From the NCBI GenBank assembly GCA_043228905.1, contig JBHGNT010000017.1, positions 2,232,001 to 2,296,000 of the forward strand: 64,000 bases of DNA. The letters run 5' to 3'. Shown piece after piece: positions 1 through 14,070 of this stretch. The translations under genes were made by a program, and so were the position numbers. Each line of letters opens with the position of its first letter. Position 1 is the stretch's first letter. A model generated the notes under the pieces. It was given only the letters and a program-made list of their open reading frames with translations, had not been told where the DNA came from and searched no databases. This DNA is from Azolla caroliniana. Its lineage: Eukaryota; Plantae; Polypodiophyta.

Positions 1-780
1 TTGTTGGTGTATGATTGTAAGTGATGGTTGGTCAGATACAAAGAATAGACCTATAATTAATGTCATAGCTACTTCGGCATATGGCACTTTGTTTCTGAAA
101 TTAGTTGACACTAGTGGATAATGTAAATCAGGAGAGTATATTTTTAAGATTTTGAAAGACGTTATTCTTGATATTGGCCCATCCAATGTTGTGCAAGTTT
201 GTATGGACAATGCAACAAATTGTGTGGCAGTTGGGAGGATGATAGAAAAAGATTGGCCCATGATCTTTTTTACTAGATGCACATGTCACTGCCTTGATTT
301 GTTGTTTGGAGATATTGGAAAATGTGCTTGGGTTCATGATGTTATGAAATTAGCTACAAAGCTAATCGTGTTTATAACATGAAAACAACATTCTTTGGCA
401 ATGTTTCGTAAGTTTAGTGAGAAAGAATTATTAAAGCCTTCCACTACTAGGTTTGCCTATAGTTTTATCATGCTTTCAAACTAATTGGATGATAGAGTCC
501 AAGGTGGATTAAGAAGAATGGTGGCTAGTGAATAATGGTGTCAATGGAAAGGATCGAAAACACAACAAGGAGAAGAAATAGTTTCAATTGTACTTGATGC
601 TTCCTTTTGAGCAAATATGAAGAAGATAGTAAAGATATGCAAGCCAATCCTAAAAGTTCTTAGATTGGCAGATAGAGAAGGAGCAACCATGGGTTTAATT
701 TATGAATGTACTCAATATATGATAGAAGAAATAAACCACATTGAAGATGTAGATCGTATAATGCTTGATGAATTAAACCC
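1..780 (+). pseudogene. hAT-type transposase fragment (DUF659/RNase H-like region)
   Basis: Translation gives SDGWSD..NRPIINV..., LKDVILDIGPSNVVQVCMDNATNC and CTCHCLDLLFGDIG, then a TRFA motif. Several stops; runs off the window start. Confidence 0.85.
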
Positions 781-1421
781 CATACTTAGAGCATAGGAGG
801 TTCTTCTAGTCAAGAAAATATAAGCATTCATTATCCAGAATGACATCTAAATCATCTATTTCTGCACCATCAATAGATAACACTTTGGTTTCATCCCCAG
901 TTTTTCACCTGAAATAATAAGAATAAGAATAAAATGTGTGATCAACAAAAAAACATCATGTAAAAGAGCATATGGGTGGAACATATATTAGAGATATGGT
1001 ACTTAGCCATCTTCATTAGCTCCTCAAATGTTGTAGGCTAGAGAATTAGCTTACCACTCATTTTTCCTCCCTTGCTAGTAGGGAATCCATCAAAAATCGT
1101 TACTTGACGGGGATGGCTGGTGTGAAATACTCCACTAGACTCATTCTCTAGATGGAAAGATGCAGAAACAACATTAAAAAGAGATGCCTCAAAATTCTTT
1201 TATGAGTATGACATAATTTTATTTGACGTCTTAGGGGATGTAGTCTGTAGAGGCTTCGCAGCAAAACACTTGCAAAAAGATGAAGGTACCTATGCCCCGA
1301 ATTGTGGAGAAACCGGATAATTATAGTCAGGTACAACGTTTCTTTCTAATTCTTTTTGATCGTTGAGTTGAGCTGATATATCTCCCTCTTCCAATTCTGC
1401 CATTGCATAACGAGATGACTT

Positions 1422-4400
1422 TGTTAGAACATTATTAATGTAAGCAATATAGATTAGGATATTAGAAAATACTTTACCATGAATAAAGAACCATGAAGGT
1501 TCACATGAAATTGTTTTACTTCAAGAACCGTGAAGGTTCATATGTAACTGCTTTCCAAGATTGTACCTATATATCTACCATCAATAAGAATAATTATGTT
1601 AGGGCTTTTTTATACATAGAAGCTTTATTACCTGGAATTCTTACATGATATCAGAGCCAAAACAATCCTAGATATCCATTTTCTCTCTAAGCATTCTCTA
1701 TAGGTCGATCCGAAAGGTCTGCAGAAATGGCTTCGAGTGAAGGAACATCAACGGCCTCAACAACAACATCAACAACACCTACCACAAGAAAGTATTGAAT
1801 CGAAAAATTAAACGAAAATAACTACAGGATGTGGAAATTAAAGATGGAACTCATCCTACAATGAATGGACCTACTTAGAATAATCAAAGGTGAGATCGAA
1901 CAACCAACCACAAAACCTGAAACAACAGAATGGAAGATGAAAGATCTGGATGCAAGGACTGAAATCATCATGCATCTAACAGATAGACAAGTCGATCTTG
2001 TCAAACACCTTGAGTCATCTAAAGAAATGTGGGATCTTCTTAAAGAACACCACGAACCATTAGATCGAACCACAAAAGTCCTTTCATTTTGTTACCTCGT
2101 CACTTTGGAAATGAAAGAGGATGACTAACTTGACAGCTTCATCAACAAATATCAATCTGCATATGATACAACAATTTCAACGGGCAACAAGATTGATGAA
2201 GAAATGAAGGTAAATATCATGTTTGGAGCCTTACCAACTTCATGGGGCCCATTTATAGTGATCCATGGGGCTGATCCAACACTTTCTCTACAAAATCTGA
2301 TCTCGAAGATGAAGCTGGAAGATCTTCAAAGGAGAAAGCCTCAAAATGTCTCAGACAATCCACACATGGCAATGATTGCTGCGATGAAGTATCAGAGAGG
2401 TAATTTTAATAGAAAAAAATTCCAAAACAATAATAAGTACACAAAGAACATGTACCAATTATACATGAAGGAAACATGGTCCAGAATAAAAAATCAGGTG
2501 CCCGTAATATTTCCTCTCAAATCATTTGTCGATATTGTGGTAAGGTGGGTCACATGGAAAGAGACAGCAGAAAGAAGCAATAAGATTACAGGAATAAGAG
2601 TAAAAGAAACTCAACACAGGTTCACACAACCTCAGTACAAAACCAACAAGAAGATACTGACCCTTTTATCCAAGCATTTATGGCAATCAATCAGAACTTC
2701 AATGTGGAAAATTTATGGTTGTTTGATATAGGTGCAACCCATCATCTTACCCATAGTAGAAACCTTGTTCATGATTACATCCAACTTCCTACACCTGTGG
2801 AAGTTCTCTTTGGTGATAATGCAATCAAATTGGCTTTAGGAAAGGGAACAATTCATCTATCAATAGACAATGATCAGACAATTAGTATATCCAATGTATA
2901 CTATGTTCCTAGTTTGGCGAAGAACTTGTTGTCTATAAGTGAAGCCACGACAAATGGTGCAATAATTGAATTTCATTACAACTGTGCAATGATCAAATAT
3001 ACCTTACCATCAGGACAAGTTGTAAAGATAGTGTCTCCCAAACATGGAAGACTTTACCCCCTTCTAGTTATGGACAAAACACCAATTGAAGCACACATTG
3101 CCTCAAGAAACCCTCAAGTTGATCATACTTTACTATGGCATTATTGGCTCAGACATCTACATCCAAGAGTCATGAAGACATGTCAAATTCATAAGCTTGG
3201 AGAGGGCATGCCAACACAACCATTTACATACCTTTCACTTTGTGAAGGATGTATTTATGGGAAACAAACGAGACAGAAGTTTCCCCTCAGCAAACGCAGA
3301 TCTGAAAAAAAAGTTGCAGTTAGTACATTCAGACTTGTGTGGTCCATTCCAAAAGAAATCTATTTCCGGTAATCACTATTTCATTTCATTCATTGATGAC
3401 TTTAGTAGATTTACCATTCTTTATTTTTTAAAGAAAAAGTCTGAAGCTTTCCAAGCCTTTACCTATTATAAATCCATCGTTGAAAACCAATGTCAAAGTA
3501 AAATCAACAGCGTTAGGTCAGATAATGGTGGGGAATATGTCTCAAATGAATGGCAGAATTTTTGCAATGTACATGGCATCAAACATGAGTTCAATGTACC
3601 ACACGACCCACAACAAAACAGAGTGGCAGAAAGAAAGAATAGAACACTACTAGATGCAAGTAGAAGCATGTTGCAAGTGGTAGGACTTGAACGTCGGTTT
3701 TGGTAAGAGGCAGTAGCTAAATCATGCTATTTACAAAATAGATCACCACACAAAGTGCTAGGTCTCCACACGCCATACATGGTTTGGTTTGGACATAAAC
3801 CAAAATTTTCAAATTTAAGAGTGTTTGGTTCGATTGCATGTAGTCACATACCACAAGAGAAGGAAGAAGTCGGATCCACATGCGAAGAAATGTATCATGG
3901 TAGGATATGGTGAGACTGCAAGTGTGAAAGGATACAAACTATTTGATCCTAGCAATCAAAAGTTTATATTTAGTAGGTCTGTGATATTTGATGAAGATGC
4001 TCTATTCTACAACAGTGAACTGTCACATGGAAAAATGGAAATGCAAGAGATGCAAAATCAATTGCATGTGAACAATGGAAATGACTTGAGAAAAGAAAGA
4101 AGCCATATTGAAGAACCTCTAAGAATGGAGGAGAACACAAACCTTGAAATGACATAAGTAGAGTGGCAACAACTAGCAGTTTCAACAGTGACAACGACAA
4201 TGCTGATGGCAACAACAAAAATTCCTACGATAACATCAATAGTTCCAAAGGTGTTTCCGACAAGACAAACAACAACAACAACAGGTTCTGTGTTTGCCAC
4301 TACAATTCCTACGATGGATTGTGCATCTGCATCGACACCCTTCTCAGCTGTAAACAATAAGGACACAACAATAAGAAATGATGGTGAACCAATATCCCAT

Positions 4401-6600
4401 TACTCAACTTATGAAACAATTGATTCTACAACAAATCTTGAAAACTCAAGAAAATCTTGGCATTCTCCCTCTGATTCAAAATTAGGGTTCCATATTAATA
4501 CAGATTTTACATCTCCTAAAGATGTTTCCTCAGTTTCCTCCCACTTCGAGCAAAATCTTGATCTTGAATCGCTTGATGATGAAGATGCTTACCCTCATAT
4601 TCCCACAAGGAGATCTAAGTTCAGAAGCTTGAAAGAAATGATGGAGATCATTGAACCATTAGAAGCACTAATGGTTGATCTTTCTCCTGAAGTGGCTTTT
4701 GCACAAGATGAGTTAGAAATTCTTGATGACGATGATTTTTCCCTTAATGCTGAAGAGGCCATTGATGGACCGGATAGTGTCAAGTGGAAAGAAGAAATGC
4801 AACTTGAGATTGATGCTTTGCTAAAGAATGGCACTTGGGAACTTGTTAAACCTCTAGAAAACCGAAATGTCATCTCAAACAAGTGGGTTTTGACCAAGAA
4901 ATTTGATTCACAAGGTGCTCTACTTCGACACAAGGCACGACTTGTTGCTCAAGGGTTTTCACAAGTTCCAGGCCTTGAGTCTTGACTTCACAACCACTTT
5001 TGCGCCAACTCTTAAAGCAATTCTGCTTAGGTTTATGTTTTCCATAAGTGCTGGCTTAAACATAGAATTACACCATCTTGATGTCGAAACGGCTTTCCTT
5101 CATGGCGACTTGAATGAGGAAATTTATATGGAGCAACCTCCCTTCTTTGTAGATCCAAAGAATCCTCATCATGTGTGCAAACTCAAGAAATCCTTATACG
5201 ATCTCAAACAATCACCTAGAATGTGGCATTTGAAGCTACATACTTACCTTGAATCTATTGGATTCAAACGTCTTCAGGCAGAACCAAATTTATACATCCG
5301 AAAGGAAGGTAAAAATTTTATACTTCTTGGTGTATATGTTGATGAACTTCCTATTGCTTCAAATTCAATTACTGCTATGAGGAAGACCATCTCCCAACTA
5401 AAAATGAAGTTTCCAGTCAAAGACTTAGGACCAATGGAGTTTTGCCTTGGTATCAAAGTGACTCGAAATCGAATGGAAGGTACTCTCACTCTTTCACAAC
5501 AGAAGTTGGTGGAAGATATATTAAAGAAATTTGACATGATTGATTGCAAACCTATTCAAACACCAATGACAGTACCATGCAAACTATCTTCAAATGATAG
5601 TCCACAAACTATAATGGACGAGAAAACCATGGCATCACTTCCATATCGCCAAATTTTAGGAAGTGTCAGGTATATGGTAAGTTGCACACGACCAGATTGA
5701 TTTTTTTCTACTGGTTTTCTATCTAGGTTTATGCAAAATCTTGGAATAACACATTGGCAAGCCCTAAAGCGGGTTCTCCGCTACCCACAACATACCAAAG
5801 ACATGGTACTTACCTACTGCAGCTTCCAATTCCAGAATTCGTCCCAACTCAATGGATGGCTTCATGCTCCCCTACAAGGTTGGACAGATTCTAATTGGGG
5901 AGGGGATATTGACACCTCTCAATCAACCTCTGGTATGCTCTTCACATTTGCTAGAGGTGTTATAGCATGGCGAAGTAAAAGACAAACTTCGGTGGCGTTG
6001 TCAAGTACTGAAGCAGAGTATGTAGCAGCAGCTCTCACAACCAAAGAAGGAATCTGGATTAAGACAATTATTGAAGAGCTTGACATTTTAAAACTCTAAA
6101 AAATGAAGATCTATTGTGACAATCAATCGTGTATAAAGTTAGCTGAAAACCCAAAGATCACAGATCAAAACAAACACATTAGAGCTCGACATCACTTTAT
6201 AAGAGAATTGGTAGCCGCTAAAGAGATGTTTTTACAATACACTTCAACAACCACCATGTGGGCTGATTTCTTAACGAAACTTGTCTCAAGCCAAAAGCAT
6301 TGGTTGTGTTGTTCTAAAATTGGCCTTAGTTTAACTAACCCCGAGAAGAAATAAATTGCTTACCTTAAGGGGGGGGTGTTAGAACATTATTAATGTAAGC
6401 AATATATATTAGGATATTAGAAAATACCTTACCATGAATAAAGAACCATGAAGGTTCACATGTAATTGTTTTACTTCAAGAACCGTGAAGGTTCATATGT
6501 AACTGCTTTCCAAGATTGTACCTATATATCTACCATCAATAAGAATCATTATGTTAGGGCGTTTTTATACATAGAAGCTTTATTATCTTGAATACTTACA
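1422..6600 (+). mobile_element. Full-length Ty1/Copia LTR retrotransposon (Copia-1), decayed
   Basis: 224-bp TG..CA LTRs at 1422-1645 and 6377-6600, about 8 differences by eye. PBS TGATATCAGAGCC at 1646, PPT at 6367-6376, flanks GACTT/AACTT (TSD with 1 mismatch). Confidence 0.97.
1727..6354 (+). pseudogene. Copia gag-pol (gag, protease, integrase, RT, RNase H) with stops and frameshifts
   Basis: WLFDIGATHH protease, LVHSDLCGP and RSDNGGEY integrase, HLDVETAFLHG and YVDE RT, SSTEAEY RNase H, in Copia domain order. Confidence 0.93.
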
Positions 6601-8109
6601 AACTTTTCCCTTTACCAGATAACTTATATACAATTGTTGATTTAGAGCCAACTAATCCATTGGGTTGTTTCCTAATTGCTACAACTGATAATTCAACTTC
6701 ATATTGTCAATGACCTTCTCCATGCACGTCGTTCAATATAGATTTTTCACCTATTTTTGTAAATGATTTCATTTTTACATCAATCCTAAAGGGCTCACAT
6801 GACATGAGTAGAAAATGGAATCAAAAGGGTTAGGGACAACCATGTTAAATAAGCCATGAAACAAATGGTACTCAAACAAGCAATGAAGGAATAACAAGCA
6901 TCGTTTATGACACCGAAAGGACATTACATTTGGTTCTCTAGAAAAATACAAATTTTCATTACTATACATGTTATAAGTTTCAATGATTGGGTCAAACAAT
7001 ATAACGGGTGTGGATGCTCCATCAAATCGCGATCAAATCATAGTTTTCCTAAAGCCATTTCGGATGCTTCCGTGTTGAATACAAAGGGGAAGTCTAGCTA
7101 TCCCAATTCCTTACAACATCTTGTGAGGCTATAGAGACTCTATTGGTGAGACAATGCACACTTCTTCCATTGCATTATTTCAACAACCAAGTTATAGCAT
7201 AATGGTAATATTCAGTGGTATGGGACACTAGTGGTATTTTATGTTTGTCTGTTGTCCTTTGCTTGGGGTGGTCGATATGGTTAAGAACACCTATTCCATT
7301 CTTCTTTTTGGTCTCTTATTCTTTGCTCATCATTTGCTTGATCCGTAATAGTTGGTAAATGATATACCAATACATTCATAGGTGTTTGTATAAAGGAATA
7401 GTTGTATGAATGTGTGTGTAAATGAATGGTTGTATCAATGTATGCATGAATGAATGAACATGTGTTTCTGGTTGTAAAAATGAATGTGTGTGTGTGATTG
7501 AACGAATGAGTTTATGAAGGTATGAAGGTATGAATGAATGTGGACGTCGTGTACATGTATGCGTATGATTTAATGAATGCTCGTAAACAATGAACATGTG
7601 ACATATGTTTGTGTGTGTATGAATGAATGTGTATGCCTCAATGTGTGAAGGTATAATTGATTGTATGAGTACGTATATACATGCATATGATTTAATGAAG
7701 TGTCTATGTATTAATGTATATACTTGTGTGTATAATTGTATGAATGTATCATATATGTATGTGTGTGTGTGTGTGTGTGTGTACGATTGTTTGTATGCTC
7801 TATATTTCTGTGTATGATTGTGACCCGAAACCATAACCCTAAATCCTACATATCTATGTGTAGGTTGTGGTTCACTAGCTTGCGGATGAAAGCTCAAGCA
7901 ATCACCGAATATCTTCTTGTGGAAGGTGATATATGAGGATTCTTCCGAAGGTACAATGATGTCAACATCTATTTGAAAGGATTCACCTTTTTCTGCTACT
8001 TTGGCGTCTAGCTAACACAATCTCTCCCCTCCACTATAGTCTACAACAATAGAAAATATTTCCTTCAAAAGATAAATGAGGATCTCTTGTAACATTTGGA
8101 TATTGGTTA

Positions 8110-8634
8110 TGTTAAAATGACTTGAATTAATTGGTGTGGTTTATGGAAAGCCACGTCTCTCATCTGCATGATCTACACAAAGCATGATGACTAATTGCAA
8201 AGTCATCACTCTTGGTGAATATATGAAGGCCACGAGCATCATTACTATAAAAAGTCGGTGAAGTGAAGGCTATAAAAAGGCAGCCTTAATTGTTTGAAGG
8301 GGCATTAAAAAATAGAAGACCACCGAGAGTTTTAGGCTTGTGAGATGTGAGAGAATTAGAAAGTTTGGGAAACACTAGTAGGAGAAAATTCTTGTGAGAG
8401 AATTGTGAGGTTATTCTCTTGGGTGTTGGGTTAAATTAGAGAATATTTTCTCTAATTGTTGTAAACTCTCTGTTATATTATATTATAGTGGAATCTCTCT
8501 CTTGTCTGTGGACGTAGGCTAATTTGGCCGAACCACGTAAATACTTGTGTCATTTATTTCTCTGCTCCTATATTATCATATTATTGTCATCTATTTAAAC
8601 TGATGTACTATTTGATCCGAGTGCCATCCTAACA
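8110..8634 (+). repeat. Copia-2 5' LTR
   Basis: TGTTAAAATG...CCTAACA, direct repeat of 29991-30515. Confidence 0.97.
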
Positions 8635-8834
8635 AACTGGTATCAGAGCGTTGGTTGTTAGTACATTAGTTTTCGTATTATCTTGTTAAGTCAAGATGTC
8701 GATGACAAAATTTGATGTCGAGAAGTTTGATCGAAAAATCAACTTCTCTCTTTGGCAAGTAAGGATGCGTGCGGTACTTGTGCAGAATGGAGTTCATCAG
8801 GCTTTAGATGTAAGGCCCAACGATATGATGGACA

Positions 8835-9040
8835 TGTCGAATACAAATGTATAATGGACGTATTCACACTATTCTCTTAGAGAGCCCAAGTTCGGGCTAT
8901 TTCTGTAAATAACATAAAGGGCAGTTGCCCTATGTGAGTCACTATATAAAGTGACTTTGTAACCTTTTGTAAAGGTTGTTGTTGTTTTTTTCATTGTTGT
9001 AACGGTTGCCCTTTTATGAATATAGATATATGCTTTGTGC

Positions 9041-9071
<31 letters not shown>

Positions 9072-12000
9072 TACGTATTTTGTTCTTGCCTCTCTCATAC
9101 TCAGGTATTTCTTCCTCACAGATTCATACTGTGTAATCTCTTCCGCACTGACGGCGTTGTTCATTCCCTACATTTGGTATCAGAGCTTGGATGTCCTTCA
9201 TCCCGCTGCCGGCCGTCATTCGAATCTTTGGATCACAACATTCTGTTTTTTTTTTGCTTGTATTTGAAGAAACAGAGAAGAGAGAAGAAGAAGAAAAACG
9301 AGGCTTGCATCTCATTGCGTTAGATCATCTTCGCTTGGAGTAAGCCAGCCGGCTGTACTCTATTCCTTGTGATCGTAACCGCTCGAGGTGAAATCCCCTT
9401 GTGCAACATTGACACGATCGTGCTCCACTCGGTTAAACGGCATCCGAAGAGGTCATCAAACGCTGCTCGCCGCTCATTGTAACCACTCGGTGCAGATCGG
9501 TCTCAAGACAACAACCCCAATTCGTGCTTCATCCGGCTGATCGACATTCGGGAGGATCAGTTGGATCCGTCTCTCTCGTCGCTGCAGTCACCCGATGCAG
9601 AATCGGTCCAGACAATCGGTTTCAATAATCGGTATTTGGCATATATATTCGGAAGCGAACCGGGCTCACTCCGACTCGGCAACATTCGGGAAGACCAGTC
9701 GGTTCTGTCCCTCAAGTTATCGGAGTCAATTCGAGCAAGTTCAACAATACATATATCCGAAGCCGAACCGACTCGGGTTCAAATCCGACTAGAACGATAT
9801 CGGGTGAGCCAACCGGCTGCACTCCAACAAGGTTCGTAGTCAACTCCGAACCGAGCTTCGTCAACCGAAACCAAATTTGATGGCATCAACATCCGGCTCA
9901 TCGGAAATGAGTCTGAGGAGGTTCGACGGTTCGAACTTCAATTTTTGGAAGGAGCAAATGCAGGATTATCTTATAGTCAAGGGTCAGATCGATCCGATTG
10001 AGAATGAAACTGCTCCAGAAATATACAAGGCAAATGAGTGGCAGAAGTTGGACAAAATCGTCCGCGCCACGATTCGGATGCACCTGTCGGAGTCAGTGTA
10101 CTTCACAGTGCAATCGTGCACGACAGCCTTCGAACTTTGGAAGAAGCTGTCGGAAACCTACGAAAAGAAGGTTGCCTCAACAAAGATGTATTTGATCCGG
10201 CGCCTCTACAACTTGCGGATGAAAGACTCCGATTCGGTTCAGGCACACCTTAACGAGTACGAAAGTTTGAGCTCCCAAATCTCGTCACAGGGGACGACAA
10301 TTGAGGATGAACTCAGAGCAATGATACTCATGAGCAGTCTCCCCTCCTCTTGGGAAACCTTCATTACAACTGTGTGCAACGTTTCTACGACTGCCATCAA
10401 GTACTCTGAAGTCACAAGTGCAATCCTGACTGAAGCAGCTCGGAGAAAGTCTTTCACCAAAGACTCGGCAGAAGAAGCCTATGTAGTACAAGGTTCGTCC
10501 GACCGATCGAACAACCGGGGAAGAAGTTCTTCCCGACCGCCGACAAATCAGCGAAGTCGCAGCAAGTCCCGGGAAACCCGAATCTACAACTACTGCAAGA
10601 AACCGGGACACATCAAGGCCGACTGTCGGGCACTCAAGTCAAAGACAGACAAAGCTCAGAGAGCTGATCAGAGGAGTAACCGGCATGAGGAAGTCAACTA
10701 CGTCGGCTCTTCAGCCGAGATATTGACGACCGACTCGAACATATTGTCCATAGAGAATCCAGTCAAATCAGAAGTTCTGCTTACGACTGAGGAATCGAGC
10801 ACATGGCTTCTGGACTCGGGCGTGTCGTATCACGTGACACCTCACTGATCACAGTTTCGGGAATATTCGAACCGGCACTCCGACTCAGTTCGAGTCAGAA
10901 ATTCGTAGCATTGTGCTATCATCGGAATCGGCACCGTAGAGCTCAACCTTCCGTGTGGCTCTACACTCGTACTACACAACGTCCGACACGTTCCTGAGCT
11001 CTCACGACCCTTGATTTCAGTCAGACAACTTGATGAAGCTGGCATCCGTGTTGGTTTCTCATCAGGAGGGTGGACACTCCACAGAGGGAACCTCCTGCTT
11101 GCTAGAGGACCAAAGGTACACTCATTGTACCCTTTGTATGTCACATTCAGAGAGGGTGACTTATTTTTGGTAGATATCCCTGTGTCATCCTTATGGCATG
11201 GACGACTTGGACACCTCAGCAAGGTCGGCATCACGCACCTATCCAGAGCCGGATACATCCCGAAACTCTCCTTCTTGGACCATCAGTTTTGCGAGCATTG
11301 CCAGTACGGCAAATAGGTAGCCACATCACACCCGACATCAGCACCAAGAGAGTCGAGCCCGCTCGATTTGGTCCACTCGGATGTCTGTGGCCCGATGCCA
11401 CATCAGTCACTCGGTGATGCCTCGTACTTCGTCAGTTTCATTGACGACTCGACTCAGAAGGTGTGGGCTTACCCCATCAGAACCAAAGATCGGGTGTTCT
11501 CGATCTTCTCAGATTGGCTCGCAATGGTCGAAAATTGAAGTGTTTCCGAACCGACAATGGAGGTGAGTTCAAATCTGATGAATTCGTCAAATTTTGCCGA
11601 GAACGCGGCATTAGACGTGAATATACGGCACCATATAATCCAGAGCAGAACGGAATCGCAGAACGCATGAATCGAACGATTCAAGAATGTATTGTATCCA
11701 TGCTCCAACACTCCGGATTGTCGGATGGCTTCTAGGCAGAGGCTCTCCTCACGGCAGTACACATAATCAATATGTCGCCAAGTAGACCTCTAGGACTTAA
11801 GATACCTCAGGAAATATGGACCGGCAGAAAGCCAAATTATGATAAGCTGAGGATTTTCGGTTGCGAGGCATACGCCCTCATACTGAAAGACGACCGCCGA
11901 AAACTCGAACCGAGATCAAAGAAATGCGTTTTCCTCGGTTATGGACCCGACGGCGAGATCAGATACCGACTCTGGGACTCCGAGCACAGGCAAATCGTCC

Positions 12001-14070
12001 GAAGTTCAGACGTTGTGTTCAACGAGTCGACTATGCACAAAACGGCCGAAAGGCCTATTGAAGTCTGAAGGGTAATATTTTCCGAAGTGCCAACCCTTCA
12101 TGACGGCCCAACACACAACACGAGACCGGTTTCACGGGTAACCGACTTCTCTCGCACCGAATCCACAGATTCGGCACAGCCGAATGGCTCAGCTTCCGAC
12201 CATCCGACATCGACACCCGGTGCGACTAGTCCAGTCATACCTCGAAGATCCGAGAGACTGTTGCAACCTCCAGAGAGGTACTCTCCCGGAATTTTCTTCA
12301 CCGACGTCGGCGAACCGACGTCCTACGAAGAAGCATCGGCAGCTACTGATTCAGCCACCTGGCATCTGGCAATGGAGTCGGAAATGCAGTCCATCCGCGC
12401 CAACAAGACTTGGGATCTGGTCGACTTACCGAAGAATCAACGTGCTCTTCCTTGCAAGTGGGTCTATAGACTAAAGGAGACGTCCGACTTGACCCCCCCA
12501 AAGTACAAGGCCAGATTAGTTGCAAAGGGATTTCGACAGGAATATGGCGTCGACTTTGACGAAATCTTTTCACCAGTGGTGAAAATAACAACCCTTCGTT
12601 TCATGCTCGGTGTTGTGGCTGCCGACAATTTGGAGCTGATTCAGCTAGATGTGAAAACGACATTCCTCCACAGTGATCTAAAGGAGGAAATCTACATGGA
12701 GTAGCCGAAAGGCTTTGTGGCCACCGGTCAGGAACATCTAGTCCCTCGACTCAGGAAGAGTCTTTACGGCCTGAAACAGGCACCCCGATAGTGGTATAAG
12801 AAGTTCGACGATTTCATCTAGTCGGTCGGCTTCTCCAAGAGCGATGAGGACCATTGCCTCTTCACCAAAACAACTCAAGACGGTTCTCCTCTCTTCCTCA
12901 TCATCTACGTGGACGACATGCTACTCTCCGGTCGGCATACCGGAGAGCTCACCGAACTTGTTCGGAAACCGCGATTGAAGTTTGCCATGAAGGACCTCGG
13001 TCTGGCAAGACACATACTCGGAATGAAGATTAGCCGGAATCGCGCCAAAAGACAGCTTTTTCTGTCTCAAACCGACTACATCAGATGTGTCTTGGAACGC
13101 TTCAACATGCAATCGGCCAAGTCTGCTTCGACCCCGCTCCCTGTTCATCTTCGGCTTTCTCAACGAGACTGCCCGACATCCGGTCCGGAGGGGGAAGACA
13201 TGAAGTCGGTACCGTATGCACCGGCAGTAGGCTCTCTGATGTACGCGATGGTCGTGACACGACTTGATATTTCTCACGCCATAGGAGTCATTAGCAGATT
13301 TATGCACAATCCCGGCCGATCGCACTGGAACGCAGTCAAGCATGTGTTCAGATATTTAGCTGGCACAAAAGACCACGACATCCTTTTCTGTCTGAACTCA
13401 ACTTCAGGCGTAGCCGGTTACACCAACTCGGACTTCGCCAGTTGTGTGGACAGTCGCAAGTCAACAACCAGATATTGCTTTAAATTCGGCAATGGAGCAA
13501 TCTCGTGGAAGTCGAAACTTCAGGAGTGCACAACCACCTCAGTGACCAAAGCAAAATATGTAGTTGCCTCCGACACAGTGAAAGAAGCTTTATGGCTCGG
13601 TCGGCTGGCGCACACGTTTCGGCAAGTCGACTCCGACTCGGCTCCAGTTGTCTACAGCGATAGTCAGAGTGTTGTTGCTTTGTCGAAAAATCAGGTTCAT
13701 CACAACGCCTCCAAGCATATCAAAGTTCGATATCACTTCGTTCGGGACTACGTCATTTCTGGGAAAATCGGTTTAGAGAAGATATCCACAACCGACAATG
13801 TCGCAGATGGAATGATCAAGTGTCTTTTAGCAGACCGGTTCCGGTCTCTTCAGCAACAGATGGGCGTAACAACATATCGGTCCGGTTGAAGCTAGACATA
13901 GTGTAGGATGGTTTCGGACAACAAACATCGGTTCACTGACGATCGGCTTCAGCTTTTCCGACCCGACTAGTTCGGTCTTCTGTCTACGGATCAGGCCGAT
14001 TCGAACAAAACAGACTTGTCCGAGAACCTATGCCTATACCTGTATTTTTTAGATAACCCATGTATACGCC
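8835..14070 (+). mobile_element. Ty1/Copia element (Copia-3) nested in Copia-2 gag, 3' LTR missing
   Basis: LTR 8835-9172 (TG..CA) followed by PBS TGGTATCAGAGC at 9175. gag-pol runs 9877-13889. No second LTR before host gag resumes near 14071. Confidence 0.9.
9877..13889 (+). pseudogene. Copia-3 gag-pol with premature stops
   Basis: FDGSNFNFWK gag, decayed zinc knuckle, WLLDSG protease, RTDNGGEF integrase, QLDVKTTFLH and YVDDML RT, RNase H. Confidence 0.92.

Noticed and set aside
7376-7936. ORFs of 64-173 aa
   Set aside because: TGTA/TG low-complexity tract.
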